Below the pieces are notes generated by a model that was not told the origin of the DNA, ran no database searches, and saw nothing but the letters and a program-made list of their open reading frames with translations. A DNA stretch of 64,000 bases. It comes from Octopus sinensis. Lineage: Eukaryota. The position numbers and the translations under genes are program-made. The stretch is from contig NC_043005.1 of assembly GCF_006345805.1 (NCBI RefSeq), positions 56,854,001 to 56,918,000 of the forward strand, in the 5' to 3' direction. This document shows positions 34,900-47,967 of the stretch, piece after piece; positions within the stretch are counted from its first letter, which is position 1; each line of letters opens with the position of its first letter.

Positions 34900-36260
34900 T
34901 TAATCTCCCATGCATTCTTCCGTTTCAAATAAAGTGTGGAAAATCGCAACGATTTGCGATACATTTACTTACTGTGTGAGATTTTCGAGGCTTTTGTTAA
35001 AAATAATAGTCAATCCGTATCAGTTCCGAGCAAATGGCGGAGCAAAACATCCCATAATTCAGAAAAACGTCATAAACAAAGAGGAGACAACTTGAGTGTA
35101 ACATTTTATTATAGTAAAATACTTGCTTGGTTAGTGACAGGGGAAGATAATTTGTCTTAAGTATAAACATTAATCCACAACAAGGTGTCCCACCGTTGCT
35201 AAGGATGCCTAATGTCAAAGAATAAATAATAAGACTATCATATATACTAGCAGTGTCTTTTTTTTCTCTTTTGTGATAGCTTAAATCTCAACGTGTTTTC
35301 ATATATGAAAAAGTAGTGTCTTAAAAGCAACACAAGGACTGTGTGTTTTTTTATATATGATAAAGGAATATATTAGAACATTGCAAGGACTGTTTTTGTT
35401 AACGTCAATTATATTTTATCACATTCTCTATAGAACCAAAATATTCTCTTTTTTTCTTTTTCATATCCTGCTTTTTCATATACAAAAACCTACTGAGAGT
35501 CTTAGCTATAACAAAAGAAAGAGAAACAAATAAGATTCAAAAATGATGGTTAAAATTTTACGCCACTAAAATTTTTTTTAGTTTAAGAATGAACACTTGA
35601 TTTTAACGTCGACACAAAGGAATTGTCGAATATCGAACTCGTACTCTCTTTTATCCACCGTGGAAGGATAAAATCTGACGTTAACATCGGCGAAATTTGC
35701 ATTGTCTTAAATGTTACAAGGTGCTTCTTTCCTATTATAACCAGTGGAATAATTTTCGTGCAACATGTAATACTTTCAAATCAAAACAGGAGTAACTACA
35801 GTTTGGTGCTCCGCAGATTTTGTTTTCTCATAACTTTATTAATAATTAATATTTTGTAATGAAATTTTGCAGAGATACGTTTTCGAAGATATACATGATG
35901 AATTTACAATATATTTTCTACTTGTACTGTAGTAAGCTATATGTAAATTGAGATTTTTATTTATCGTTCCTTCGAATTTTATGCTGATAAAATCGTGTAC
36001 AATAATCATAAATCGTTATTGAATAATGAAACGGTTTTAGGCGCATATTTCCCGCAATTGTGTGTACCTTCTACAAAGTTCTGACGAAACGAAGTCGATG
36101 GAACAATTAATGTAGTTACACAAATCAAATTCCATTTAAGAACTATTTTAATTTATTAAAAGATATAGTTATGCACATAGTGCACAATTTCGAAGTATAA
36201 AGAGTGAAAATCCGGAAATGACGACTATAAAATCAGAAGGAAGCGAAAGTGATAATATAC
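34900..36260. promoter_or_regulatory. CpG-retaining promoter region, probable TSS of the minus-strand gene (candidate first exon ~35050 to 34973)
   Basis: Unique sequence rich in CpG relative to the 1-34 kb gene body. YY1-like aaatggcgg at 35032-35040, strong minus-strand donor caca|gtaagt at 34972, E2F-like tttcccgc at 36048 and ETS-like ccggaaat at 36212. Confidence 0.5.
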
Positions 36261-36904
36261 AAACATGTACACCAATGTATACAAAACTTATTTAGTGTTA
36301 TGTGGTCATCACACTAGTAGTGGTTTTCTCATGCCTACACTTATATATAAATACAGGTGGACATGTATATATAAAAGGAATACAGACAAAATAATGTACT
36401 ATCACACGCACGTGTTTTCCTTCTCTTATATGTACATGCACACATACATATTAGATTATAACCCTATCTACATAGTATAGTTGCATAGATGTGTACATCT
36501 GTATAGTTAACAAGCTTGCTTCGCAATCGCCAAGTTTCGAATTTGATTTTACTTCTGGCAGCTTATGCAGTTGTGTGTTTTTTTTTGGGGGGGGGGGTTC
36601 CTTGTAACTTTGACCCAACCTAAACCTTGAGTGAAATTCGGGAGATGGAAACCGAGTGGTGATCAGTCTGATATACTGTACCACCGCTAATTCAAAGGCT
36701 AACCTTGCCACATACCGTGTCATGCTGATTCTGCCTTAAGCTAATTCAATGAGTAGTTAACTCATGATTGCACAGCTCAAAACTCATTATCGAAGCTGAT
36801 GGAGACCAGTTAATTTTAGGGGCTGTTTTTAAATATATACGTGTACTTTTACAGCAAAATACATCTACAAACTGTGCGTACACACACACACACATACATA
36901 TATA

Positions 36905-37350
36905 TATCATCAGCATCATTTAGCGTCCGCTTTCCATGCTGACATGGATTAGACGGTTCGACTGGAAATGGTAAACCGGAGAGCTGTACCAGATTCCAGT
37001 CTGATTTGGCGTGGTTTCTACGGCTGAATACCTTTCCTAACGCCAACCACTCCAAGAGTGTAGTAGGTGCCTTTTACGTGTCACCGGCACTGGCCACAAC
37101 TACTATTTCACTTGGCTTGAGTCTTCTCAAGCACAGCAAATCGCCAAAGGTCTCAATCACTTGTCATCGCCTCCGTTAGACCCAACATTCGAACATCATG
37201 CTTCACCACCTCGTCCTGGCTCCACCCCTTCAACAGGTTCCCTCCACAGTTAGAGATTGGCACTTTTTTTATGCAGCTGTCGACGTCCATACGCATCATA
37301 TGATTATACCAGCGCAGTCGTTTCTCTTGCACACCACATCTGATGCCTCA
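36905..37350 (-). mobile_element. RTE LINE 3' fragment
   Basis: Tail motif plus C-terminal coding remnant. Confidence 0.8.
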
Positions 37351-38019
37351 TTCCATATGTGTGTGTGTGTAAACCTTACATCATACAAATGAGTATTCCT
37401 GCAACAGAAACATATGCAACTGGTTTCATACTCAATTTTATTTGCCATAATTCAGCAAAAAAAAAACGTAATTTATGAAAATAAGCAGTAAGAAAATAAA
37501 GAAGAAAAAAAGACGGAAATCAGTGAAAGCATAATCAACATAGAAGTATACACACTCTAAATTAAACATATGTCAAAGAAAACTCCTGTGTCCCTCTACA
37601 TGCAATTAGTTGTGTGAGAAGTAGGGGACATAACTAGTTTTTTCTATATGGCTCGAGATGGAGAAAGAACAAGTTAGAGACAAGGGTTGAGGTGAAATAG
37701 GAAAATGTTATCACGCTTATTAATATCTAAGGGTAAGGAAGAGCCTTGAGGATACATTAGATTTTTCTTTGTGTTTACAAATGAAATAGAACCGTAATAT
37801 TAAGGTAAATCCACAGAGAGAGATGGCTGAACTGGTGAATTTTATAGTAGAAAATAGAGGTGCCACGCAGTGGAACTGAACACGGAGCCATGTGGTTGGG
37901 AATTGAACGTCTTACTACACAGCCACGTCTGTTTAAGATGTGTAGCTGCAGTACACACTAAGAATGTATAGAAAATAGACTTCCTCGAGTGTTTAGGAGG
38001 ATCCTTAGAAGTAGAAGAT

Positions 38020-39290
38020 AGCTTCTTTCACCTAAGTGACCAAGCTAGCAGCAGAGGTGGAAGCTCTGAAAGTGTAGTTGCTAGAATACGAACAGGCTGG
38101 GCAAAGTTCAGAGAGCTACTACCTTTGTCTGCAACAAAGGGCCTCTCCCTTAAAGTGAAAGGCAGATTGTATGATGCCTGTGTATGAACAGCTGTGCTGC
38201 ATAGCAATGAAACATGGTCTATGAATACAGAGGACATATGAAGGCTTGAAAGAAATGAAGTCAGCATACTCTGCTGGATGTGCAATGTCAGTGTGCATGT
38301 ACGACAGAGTGTAAAGGATTTAAGAGAAAGATTGGGTACTAAAGGCATCAGATGATGTGTACAAGAGAGAAGACTCCACTGGTATGGTCATTTTTACTGT
38401 GTGTGGATGAGGACAGCTGTATAAAGAAGTGCCAATCTCTAATTGTGTAGGGAACCTGTGGAAGGAATAGACTTAGGAAAATGTGAGAAATGATCTTCAG
38501 TTGTTTAGCCTCCCAGAGGAGATGACAAGGAACCATCCATACATACAGGCATGTCCTTTACAAACATGCACCTGATTCCACATAATCTGTCCTCTGTCAA
38601 AACACCTCTACAACCCATTTTCCCAATATTCCTCCTATTACACTACCTATAATCACCACCTACTGCAGGCCTCTCCACACTTCCCATGTGCCTCTCTGCA
38701 CACTCTCCATGCTCTAACATCTACCATACGTCGTTCCAAGCCACTCTATTTTCTCTCATCACTTGCTACAGCTATGTCTTCCCCATCTCTAAATATTTCC
38801 CCTCACACTTTTATGGAACATACTCTCTCTCTCTCTCTCTCCTCTGTACTATCTATATTTACTTCACTATTTCTTGTAGGCACATCTCCAAAACCATCTA
38901 TTTCTCTATCTTTCTAACTTTCTCTCCTCTTCCTCCCCTTCCTTGTCCTTCTAGGGTATCCAAGTATCTCCTCTGTGGTAAGACAACTATCTCTGTCCCT
39001 CTATTATACTCTAACCTCTCACCTGGCTCACTGCCACTTCTTTCAGTTTCATCCCATCTCTCAGCTGAGCGGGCTTTGTCTTGCAAGCTACTTGGTGACA
39101 CCACTGGTGCTGGTGCCATGTAAAAAGCACTCAGTTCACTCTGTAAAGTAGCTGGCATTAGGAAGGGCATCCAGCCATAGAAACCATACCAAAGCAGACA
39201 ATTGAAAGCTGGTGCAGCTCTATGGCTGGCCAGCTCCTGTTAAACTGTTTAACCCCTATCAGCATGGAATACAGACATTAAATGATGATG
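38020..39290 (+). mobile_element. Old RTE LINE 3' part with a long 3' UTR
   Basis: gggcaaagttcagagagctactacct...ggtatggtcat is homologous to the young RTE C-terminus. Tail at 39150-39290. Confidence 0.75.
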
Positions 39291-39419
39291 CATTTCAGTT
39301 AAACAAAAACCACTTTGATATGTCATTTCGTTTGTGGCTATGGCTTAATAAAGAGTTTTATTGTGTTTTTCTTTATTACAAGATAGGGTTCTATTGTAAT
39401 AATCCATCTTGAATTGATT

Positions 39420-39830
39420 ATTCCTGAGAAATGTGGTAAATTATCCTCTCAATAACAGTTCTCGCAACTTCATACAAGTACATTCATACAGGAGAGAAGC
39501 TACATCACTTTAATATCCATGGTAGATCATTCTTTATAGATTATAATTTAACTATTCATAAATATATTCATGCAGGAGACCATATCACTGTGATATCTGT
39601 GGTAAACTATGTTGCTGAAAACAGTAATATAACTACTCACTAACAGGAGAGAAATTATATCACTGTGATATGGCAAATCCTTTTCTTGGGATTGTAATTT
39701 AACTATTCACAAGCATATTCATACGGAAGAAAACCGCTATTACTTTGATGTGTAAATCACTCTTAAAGTGGTAAAATGACTACTCACAAATATATTCAAG
39801 GAGAAAAACCATATCATAGTGATATCAATG
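39420..39830 (+). pseudogene. Decayed tandem C2H2 zinc-finger array of the octopus expanded type (about five fingers)
   Basis: Repeated attcatacaggagagaa / catatcactgtgatatctgtggtaaa units encode IHTGEK-PYHCDICGK linkers, with many indels and stops. Confidence 0.75.
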
Positions 39831-39890
39831 GTGTGACTTCTGTCTGGTTTGAATCATCATCAATATTTTTCATCATCATTTTAATTTCAG

Positions 39891-39947
39891 CTCATTGGTA
39901 CCAAATGCCTGAGTCGTCTTGAAACAAATTCAAACCACTGGTCTGAG
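39891..39947 (+). other. Candidate 57-bp exon (LIGTKCLSRLETNSNHWSE), host gene unknown
   Basis: Acceptor ttttaatttcag| and donor gag|gtatat. Open only in phase 0. Confidence 0.25.
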
Positions 39948-40364
39948 GTATATATGCAAATAGCATAAAATCCATTTGCTGATATGAAACAGTACCACAC
40001 AAGTGAAACAAAATTAAAGTTTAAATTAGAAGCAGCTCTAAGAGTGTAAACATTACTGATGTCACATAATGAATGTGTTTTGTTTGTCACTTTTTAGCTG
40101 TGGGATTCATCCAAAGAAAAGTCCCATTAAAACATCAAGTGTTAAAAAAGGACACTGAATATCTCAAACTAGCCACTTCCTTAACATACAATTGCCATTT
40201 TTGAAGTATCCAAACAAAATTTCAAATTCCTTGTAAATAAGTCAATAAAGCAATCTGTAACAATTTATATTTAAAAAGAAGGAATTATCTATTCTGCCAA
40301 ATGTAGAATCTATTAGTAAAATATCTGAGCATATTTAAGGGAAAGAAAGAAAATAATTCTCAAG

Positions 40365-40815
40365 ATATTTGACATAGTGATGTTCTCAAATTCCACCAAA
40401 CAGGTAATTATATGAAAACTGACTGGAAGAAGCTCATAAGTGGAAGCTTGCCAAATATCAGGAACTGGTAGAGAAATGTGGAAATCAGGGTTGGCAGGTG
40501 CAGGTATGTTGCAACGCAACTGAAGTGGGCTGTTGAAGTTTCTTGGGGCATTCATTCTGCAAAGCTCTGACCAGGCTTGGAATTACTGATGCAGCAGCAA
40601 AGAGGAGGGCTGTAGATGCAATCACTGAAGCTGCAGAGAAGGCCACTAGGTGGCTTTGGATAAAGAGGGCAGAGCAATGGTTTCCTATTATGAGATGCTA
40701 GTTGGAACTTAGTCGACCCTGACAAAGTCGTGTGGATGAACAGGTCTGATGTTGAAAAACATGAAGCCCTCTGAGATCCCAGAAACATCACTGGTGATGC
40801 ATCCCAGAGCATCCG
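40365..40815 (+). mobile_element. 3' end of a HERO-like (R2/NeSL-group, restriction-like endonuclease) non-LTR retrotransposon
   Basis: DIVMFSNSTKQVII..EEAHKWKLAKYQELVEKCGNQGW...EVGC...EAAEKATRWLWIKRAEQW, followed by a short 3' UTR. Confidence 0.75.
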
Positions 40816-41124
40816 TAAGATATATCTTAAAACAAAGACACTTGGTAAAAATGGAATTTTGTTCTCTAAAGAAGTTGAAATTTGTTTCCATATGCAGAAA
40901 CACTTTCTCAAAATATAACTAGTACTTTTAAAGCAGTCAAATTTGTAATCCTTTTTTAATTTCAAATATATGCTTTCAGGCACCCCTACCACCCCACCAT
41001 CCAATGCTGATTAAACCTCCTCAGTAACAAAAGTTATAACTACTTCTATAAAACTTTCTCAACATGGCAAGGAATTTATTTTGAGCAAATGCTTTATTCA
41101 TTGTCAGCCTGCCCTTGATTCTTA

Positions 41125-41458
41125 CCCTTTACTCTCTTTTACTTGTTTCAGTCATGTGACTGTTGCCATGCTGGAGCACCGCCTTTAGTCGAGCAAATCG
41201 ACCCCAGGACTTATTCTTTGTAAGCCTAGTACTTATTCTATTGGTCTCTTTTGCCAAACCGCAAAGTTACGGGTACATAAACACACCAGGGACAGGGGGG
41301 GACAAACACAAACATATACACTACCAAATCCACTCACAAGGCTTTGGTCAGCCCGAGGCTATAGTAGAAGACACTTGCCCAAGGTGCCATGCAGTGGGAC
41401 TGAACCAGGAACCATGTGGTTCGTGAGCAAGCTACTTACCACACAGCCACTCCTATGC
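41125..41458 (-). mobile_element. CORE-like octopus SINE
   Basis: Reverse-complement match to the family. Confidence 0.85.
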
Positions 41459-41549
41459 CTATACATCTTCTACACATCTTATGCATATGTCACATCAGGT
41501 ACATTGTATTGAATTTTTATTTACACCCTTTCCACATACTGAGCTTGGC

Positions 41550-43150
41550 CATTTCACTGATGGCATTAGAGTCCTATCTTCTTCTATTAAAACTTTTGTC
41601 CTAACGTTTATTCTGAGCCCTCTCGATTCAAGTTTTCTTTTCATATCTGGAATTTCTTCTCTAAACCTTCCATGGTCTCTGCTTTAAGAAGTAGGACATC
41701 AGTATATAGGAATTTCCATGAGCAACCAGTCTTGAAATTTGCTGTTGTGGAGTGGGTGGAGGCTAAGAACCAAGCCTTGATAAGCACCTACCTACCCTCT
41801 AAATTCCTCACTGATCTCATTGCAAACCTTCACTTTGCTGACTGCATCTCTGTACCATTGTTCCCAGCTATTCATTAGTTACTAGTTTCCTTAGTAACCA
41901 CCAGGCTATAGATTGTGATACTCTGTCAAAGGCTTTCGGTGGATCAACAAATGCTAGGGAGGCTTAACTCTCAGCTAAGAACCTTTCTCATTGTTGTCAC
42001 ATTATGAACAAACCCAGACTGCTTTTTCTTCCTATTGAATTGTGATAAGATTTTATTTCATTTTCTTAACTTGGTATGTTAGTCCAATACAATTGCAACT
42101 GCTTCTTTCTAAAGGAGTTTATCATTTGCCCTTGTAACAGATGATGATTATAATGCTACATCAGTCATTAGGTGGACATCTCAATGTATTACTTGGTTGA
42201 TTATGTAGGTGACTAGTCTGAGCCCTATTTTAACAGATGTTTTCAACATCTCAGTAACAATACCAGATACACCAGCTGCTTTTCCCACAACTTTGCATCC
42301 TTAACCCTTTTGAAACACAGTATTTTGGTATGTGTAGCCAAAAAGTCCAAAATTTTTTTCTGTTGAAACTGAAATTGATGTATGCATGTAGAAAACAAAG
42401 GATAAAGGCCCTTGAAACTACATTATGTAAAACTATATATATTATGAAAGCTTATAATCAGTACAATACATCTATCACAATAAGAAAGCCTAAAACAACA
42501 CAATACATGTAAATAAATAAAATAATAAGCATAAATGTTTCTGTGAAAGAAGCAAAAATGTATTGAAAGACGATTTCTGATTGGCTATTACACTTAAGAT
42601 CCAACCATTCACAACGTTTGTTTCATTGGATCGATGGATCAGCCTCAAAATCTTTTCTGCTTGAATCACTTGGGCCAATTAATCATCTGGTGTCCCAAGA
42701 GAGTTAATGGTCATTTTGATCATATATCTGTTTACCTCAGTGGCTGCTACATCTGTTGGTTGTATTTCAATTAGATCTGCTTCCTCCCACTCACTTTCCA
42801 TATTCAACAATCACATCTAATTACATTTTCAAATCCTTTTCTTCCCAATGTCAGTAAGGGTCAGTAGGGCCACTATCATTTCAAATACATTTTTCTCCAA
42901 CAACACCTTGGTTCATCCTGAAACTCTGCTTTGCAATATGTAACACTTTTGCCTTTGACCATCCCAGTACTGAACACTAGCAAACCCCCTTCTTTTGGCC
43001 TCTCTCATCATCACAATATAACCTAGCCATCTAGCTTTTCCTCTAGCAACATAGTACTAATTCCTGCTACTTTATTTCTTCCATTCTTTCTAAGCCTGTC
43101 TTTAAATTCCATGCCTCTATTCTTGGTAATATTCCATCACTACATTAATT
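41550..43150 (-). mobile_element. Very old RTE LINE relic
   Basis: Patchy homology to the RT region of 14142-17782. Confidence 0.6.
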
Positions 43151-44296
43151 TTCATCTAACTAAATCTAGTCTGTATCTTCCAGTAAGTTGTCTCATAAGA
43201 ACTGCTTGTTGTCTTCTATAAACATATATAAGAACTGCTTGTTGTCTTCTGTAAACATATATTTAGTAGAAGGCTGTTTCAGTTTCTGTTTCCACACATT
43301 CCTTCACCAGAATGTATTTTTGTTTTTCAGTCCTTCTAACTTTTATTATAAAGTCACTGGTCAGTTGACTTGGTTGGTACATTATTCACCATGGGAACAC
43401 TTAGTAGTTAAAACTGTCTATCTATTGTGTTTCCTACTGTTCATCTGATTGGAATGTGATCTAATAGTTGGTTAGTGGGTTTATTGGTTTTTCTGATGTA
43501 CAATGTTGCAGCACACATTAACTTGCATCCACTCTAGCCTCTCTATGATCTTATCTGATCTACATTTCATTGTTACCAATATTAATAGTTGCAGATTTGA
43601 GATTTTTTTATCTGATGAGAGGATCTCCAGTGGTGAGAGACTCGATGCTTGAAGTCCTAAAAGGGTATGTGAGATGGCTTAATGACAGCTGGGGAGTTCT
43701 CACACATGGCCAGATGTGCACGACAGTAGCATGGTGAATTATAGTTCTTTATATGCAACTTCAATTTATCACTGAGTTTCGTAAGAGTTTGACCATGTTT
43801 TACTTACAAGCTGGATGCCCTTCCTCTCACTAAGCGCTTTCAGTGAGGATTAGGTGCATTTTATCATATCACAGGTTATCTGTCAGGATTAAAATGTTTA
43901 GTGATTTCATCACCAGTCTAGTGAAGGGGTCACTTGTATGGTGAGTTCACTATCTTCATAGCTAATGTGTAGCTATAGCCCAATGGAGTGTTCACAGTCT
44001 GGTTGAAATGATGATATCAGCAATAGCAGTTTGTTGATACTGTGTCTGTGTGTTCATTCAATAGTAATTGGTATATGAAGACAGACAAAACTCAACCTTG
44101 TTCAATAGTAAAGTTTATTCACAGCAGGGGGTTACGTACAATGCTAATGTCTTGCAGAAGATTTCCTGTAAAGAAGTTGTGTTCATGTAGAGATGTGTAG
44201 TGTTTTATAGAGATGTCTCTGGTGTGTTAACAGTAAATGAATGAATGCATGAAGACATTAGTTGTACTTTGTATATGTAGAAGAGACTTGATAGAA

Positions 44297-44530
44297 GGCA
44301 GTATGCTGGCAGAAACGTTAGCACATCGGGTGAAATGCTTAGCAGTATTTTGTCTGCCTTTACGTCCTGAGTTCAAATTCCGCTGAGGTCAACTTTGCCT
44401 TTCATCATTTCAGGGTCGATAAATTAAGTACCAGTTATGCACTGGAGTCAATGTAATCGATTTAATCCCTTTGTCTGTCCTTGTTTGTCCCCTCTATGTT
44501 TAGCACCTTGTGGGCAATAAAGAAATAAGA
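44297..44530 (+). mobile_element. Nin/Deu-like SINE
   Basis: Matches 12985-13218. Confidence 0.8.
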
Positions 44531-45133
44531 AGTATTTCTGGATCGTATGAAGATAACGGCATTGAGTTTGGTCTATTCTGCCAACATCCAAGGAAGAAAA
44601 ATGTTCTTGTGTGAGAGAGGCCAGCGTAAATCGTGACAGAGCAAAGCAGCATGCCAGGAGTCCTTTGGAAGTGAAGCGAAGAAGTCAAAGAACTCAATAG
44701 AATCATGGAAGCAGACACATTATGTAAGAGACAATCAGATGTAGCAGAGAATGCCTTTCCGAGGGAGCTAATTAATTCAGCCAATCACAGACTGAGTAAA
44801 GCTGTAAACTAACTGTTGCCTGAGCTTACCTTGAAGTCCAAAAATGCATGTTTTAGATAAAGCTAATACAGACATGCTACAAATGTCTTGTTCACCCTGT
44901 GACAGTTTTATTCAGAGTGTCTGCTTACCTAGATAAGTTACTTTCACTACAGCTTGTGGCTTCAATTCTTCCCCACAAAAATAATTTAATTGAAGTTACT
45001 GCTCTTCAAGTTAGGCTGCTTTCACTTCAACTTATGAAGACTTGTCTTCTTTGTGAGACTTTCAATCAGCCTACAAGGATACATATATATGTGTACATAT
45101 ATGTGTATGTACACACACACACACACACATTTA

Positions 45134-45358
45134 GAAGGTTGTTTGTTACAGCTTGTCAGAGAGCAACCATCGGTTTCACACCTATAAAGTACTTAGCTGT
45201 GTAGGTGACTCATCAGGCTCATTGACCAGAGGTACCTAACTTCTCCCCAGTTGTAGAGAGGTTATGTACCTCTGGCCAACAAGTTGCCTATTCAGCCAAG
45301 TGATTTATAGGTGGGAAACCAGTGATCACTCTCTGACCGGCCATAACAAACAACCTTC
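45134..45358. mobile_element. Foldback/MITE-like imperfect palindrome (~225 bp)
   Basis: Arms gaaggttgtttgtta...cacctataaa (45134-45205) match the reverse complement of 45288-45358. Inner arms ccagaggtac/gtacctctgg. Confidence 0.75.
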
Positions 45359-45559
45359 CAATGTTTAAGAGCGTGCTTTTTTGGATATATGAAATGCTGA
45401 CTGAATATACATGCATACATACGTACAAACATATATATATATGTGTGTGTGTGTAGACATTTATGTATGTATATTTATATGCACACACATGATAACTTAC
45501 ATATTTATTAATACATTCCAGCAGATATGAATGTAACTATGTTAATCGCTGTTGTCGTC

Positions 45560-45930
45560 TGCATCACAGAATATGGGTTCAGACCACACTTGATTCATAA
45601 GTACAAAGGATTCTGGGACAGCCAGAGATTTGGCATCATTTCTTGTTAGCTAGAAGCACACCTGGACCAATAAATCTTACAAGAATCAATGGTCGTTTTT
45701 ATAATTTTGGTGAACAAGCTCTTGACTGATTTGTGCTGATATCTACCCACAGATAATAAATTGTTAGAAATATAGCGAACAGTGAAATTCAAAATGGTGA
45801 CTTGCATATTTATTCTTAATATCCCAGTAGATTTGAATGTGAATATACTGATTGCTGTCATGTTTGTCACAGGAGAGCAGCTTCTTTTTTTTATGACAAA
45901 TGATTTGAGTACCTTCACTTTAAATACATG
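45560..45930 (-). mobile_element. Possible hAT (Charlie-like) transposase relic
   Basis: Frame-broken segments resemble the hAT DESTD...VRY...W..C...TDGA block (KSTGI..TVRYISNN..IYWSRC..NDAKSL). Confidence 0.4.
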
Positions 45931-47967
45931 CATTTGAAGAATACTTTAAATAACAACTCAAAACTCAAAACTATGGTAAAGTAATAATGTTATCTATTTT
46001 ATAATCATTATTTCAAATTTTGCCACAAGGGCAGCTTGGGGGAGATGAGAATGAGTCGAGTACATCAATTCCAGTGTTCAACTGGTACTTCTTTTATTGA
46101 CCCTGAAAAGATGAAAGGCACAGTCAACCTCAGCAGAATTTGAACTTAGAATGCAGTGATGGGCAAAATACCGCTAAGCATTTCGTCCAGCATGCTAACA
46201 ATTCTGCCAGCTTGCCGCCTTAATAATAATAATAATAATAATAGTTAGTTGAGCAGTATATTCCTGGTCAGAACATTACTGACAGTTTTGCACTGACTAT
46301 TGTCTTAGCAATATTGATGACCCTTCAGACATGCTGGCCAAAAGCTCATAGCCTCTTTTATGCTGGAGGTAAATATACAGTCCAGGGTGACTTGGTAATC
46401 AAAAAAGTGGTGGAAAGTTATAACATTTTCCAGTGGTAGGTGGGGAGAAGGGTTCATCATTATACAAACTTAATGGATTTTTCTGATTTTCAGATAATTG
46501 GAATGGTTGTATGAAAAAGCTTCCTACTTCAATTTCAATTTCCACAACTGTTATATACTAAAATTCACTTGTTCTCCCTCTCTCCACACACACACAAGCC
46601 AGGTAGGTAGGTAGGTATGTACGTACGTAGGCAAGCAGAGAGGGAGGCTGGTTGGTTGGTTTTTGTTGTAGGCAGGGCCATTCACTTCTCAGATTTCAAA
46701 TTCAGTCACACAGGTCAATGAAAATTCCATGGAAACTTGTCATACACACACACATGTTTCACTATGGATTTTTGAAAATATTTAAACGTAATTTCTATTC
46801 TTGGAGAGCATCAAAAAAGAAACACGTTGATATCTCATTTGTGAAATTTGGATGAATATCTTAGGAAATATGACAACTTGAATAGTCATTGAATTGGTTG
46901 AAATCTTGCCTAATTGTCCTAAATGAATAATTAGCCATATTTGTGATGTCATATCTTTGAAACAGAAGTGATAAAGATCTTCAAATTACATAAATAAAAT
47001 GTCCATGGTACAGCAGTTGCCTGCTTTATTTGTTTTTTTTTCTTCAGGTTCTTGAAAATGAAACCCTGTTTGGCAATTTTTAAGATATTTATGTAAAACC
47101 TATTTTGTTACAAGTAATAAATAATCAATTTTGCATTGTTTTCAGACCCAGCTAAATCCTAAAATACAAGCCAATGGGATTTTAGTTTTGGAGCATTTAT
47201 AGTAGATATAGATCTAAATAAATCCTAAGATTATATTGTGATGATGAGAGAGGCCAAAAGAAGGAGGTTTATAGAACTAAATAAATCCTATGATTTTGGG
47301 ATATGATACTATTTAAATAAAGTTTCAATGGATTATTAAAAATTATTATAAACAGCGCAGTTTCAAATCAGGACACCAACATAAATTGGGTTTTCTCTAT
47401 TTTGACGAGGATTTTTCCAAATTCTTTCACCACAACCTTGGAAATGACAGAAGTTGTTTCAGAAAAAAATTTTGGAAAATTTGTGATCTTTTCTTCACCA
47501 CCCACCTCCTTTTCTCCCACTCTGGCCATTTAATTGAAAAAAATTTTTTACTATACACTTAAAAATGATGGGAGAAGCCTTTTTGGTAAAGAAAAATAAA
47601 TAGAATAAATTTGTAAATATTTTCAAATGAAAAGGTATGTGATTTAAGGGAGATTTAGCTGTTGTTTCTAGTACATCCCACGACCACCTGGTATCTTTCT
47701 CAGAATTGCCTATAGACCTAGATTAAAAAACAAACAAAATGTAAAAACTAATTCCTTGCTTTAAGCATTAAAAATATAAATTAAAGGCATTAAAAACATC
47801 TGTAACAGAGCAAATTCATTAGTAGGAGAGAGAGAAAAAAAACAAAAACAAATTTGTAAACACTATCACAAATTATCCAACTGTATTTAAAATTGGAAAA
47901 AAAAAACCTCCATCACATCTGGCTTTAATAGTCTACGAAATAATATTCATTGCACAAATTAATTTTT

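Noticed and set aside
43595-43665. Plus-strand exon-like LRFFYLMRGSPVVRDSMLEVLKG
   Set aside because: With frameshifts it reads as the LINE motif YLGSRISSG..LDAEVLKRI, so it is a retroelement fragment.
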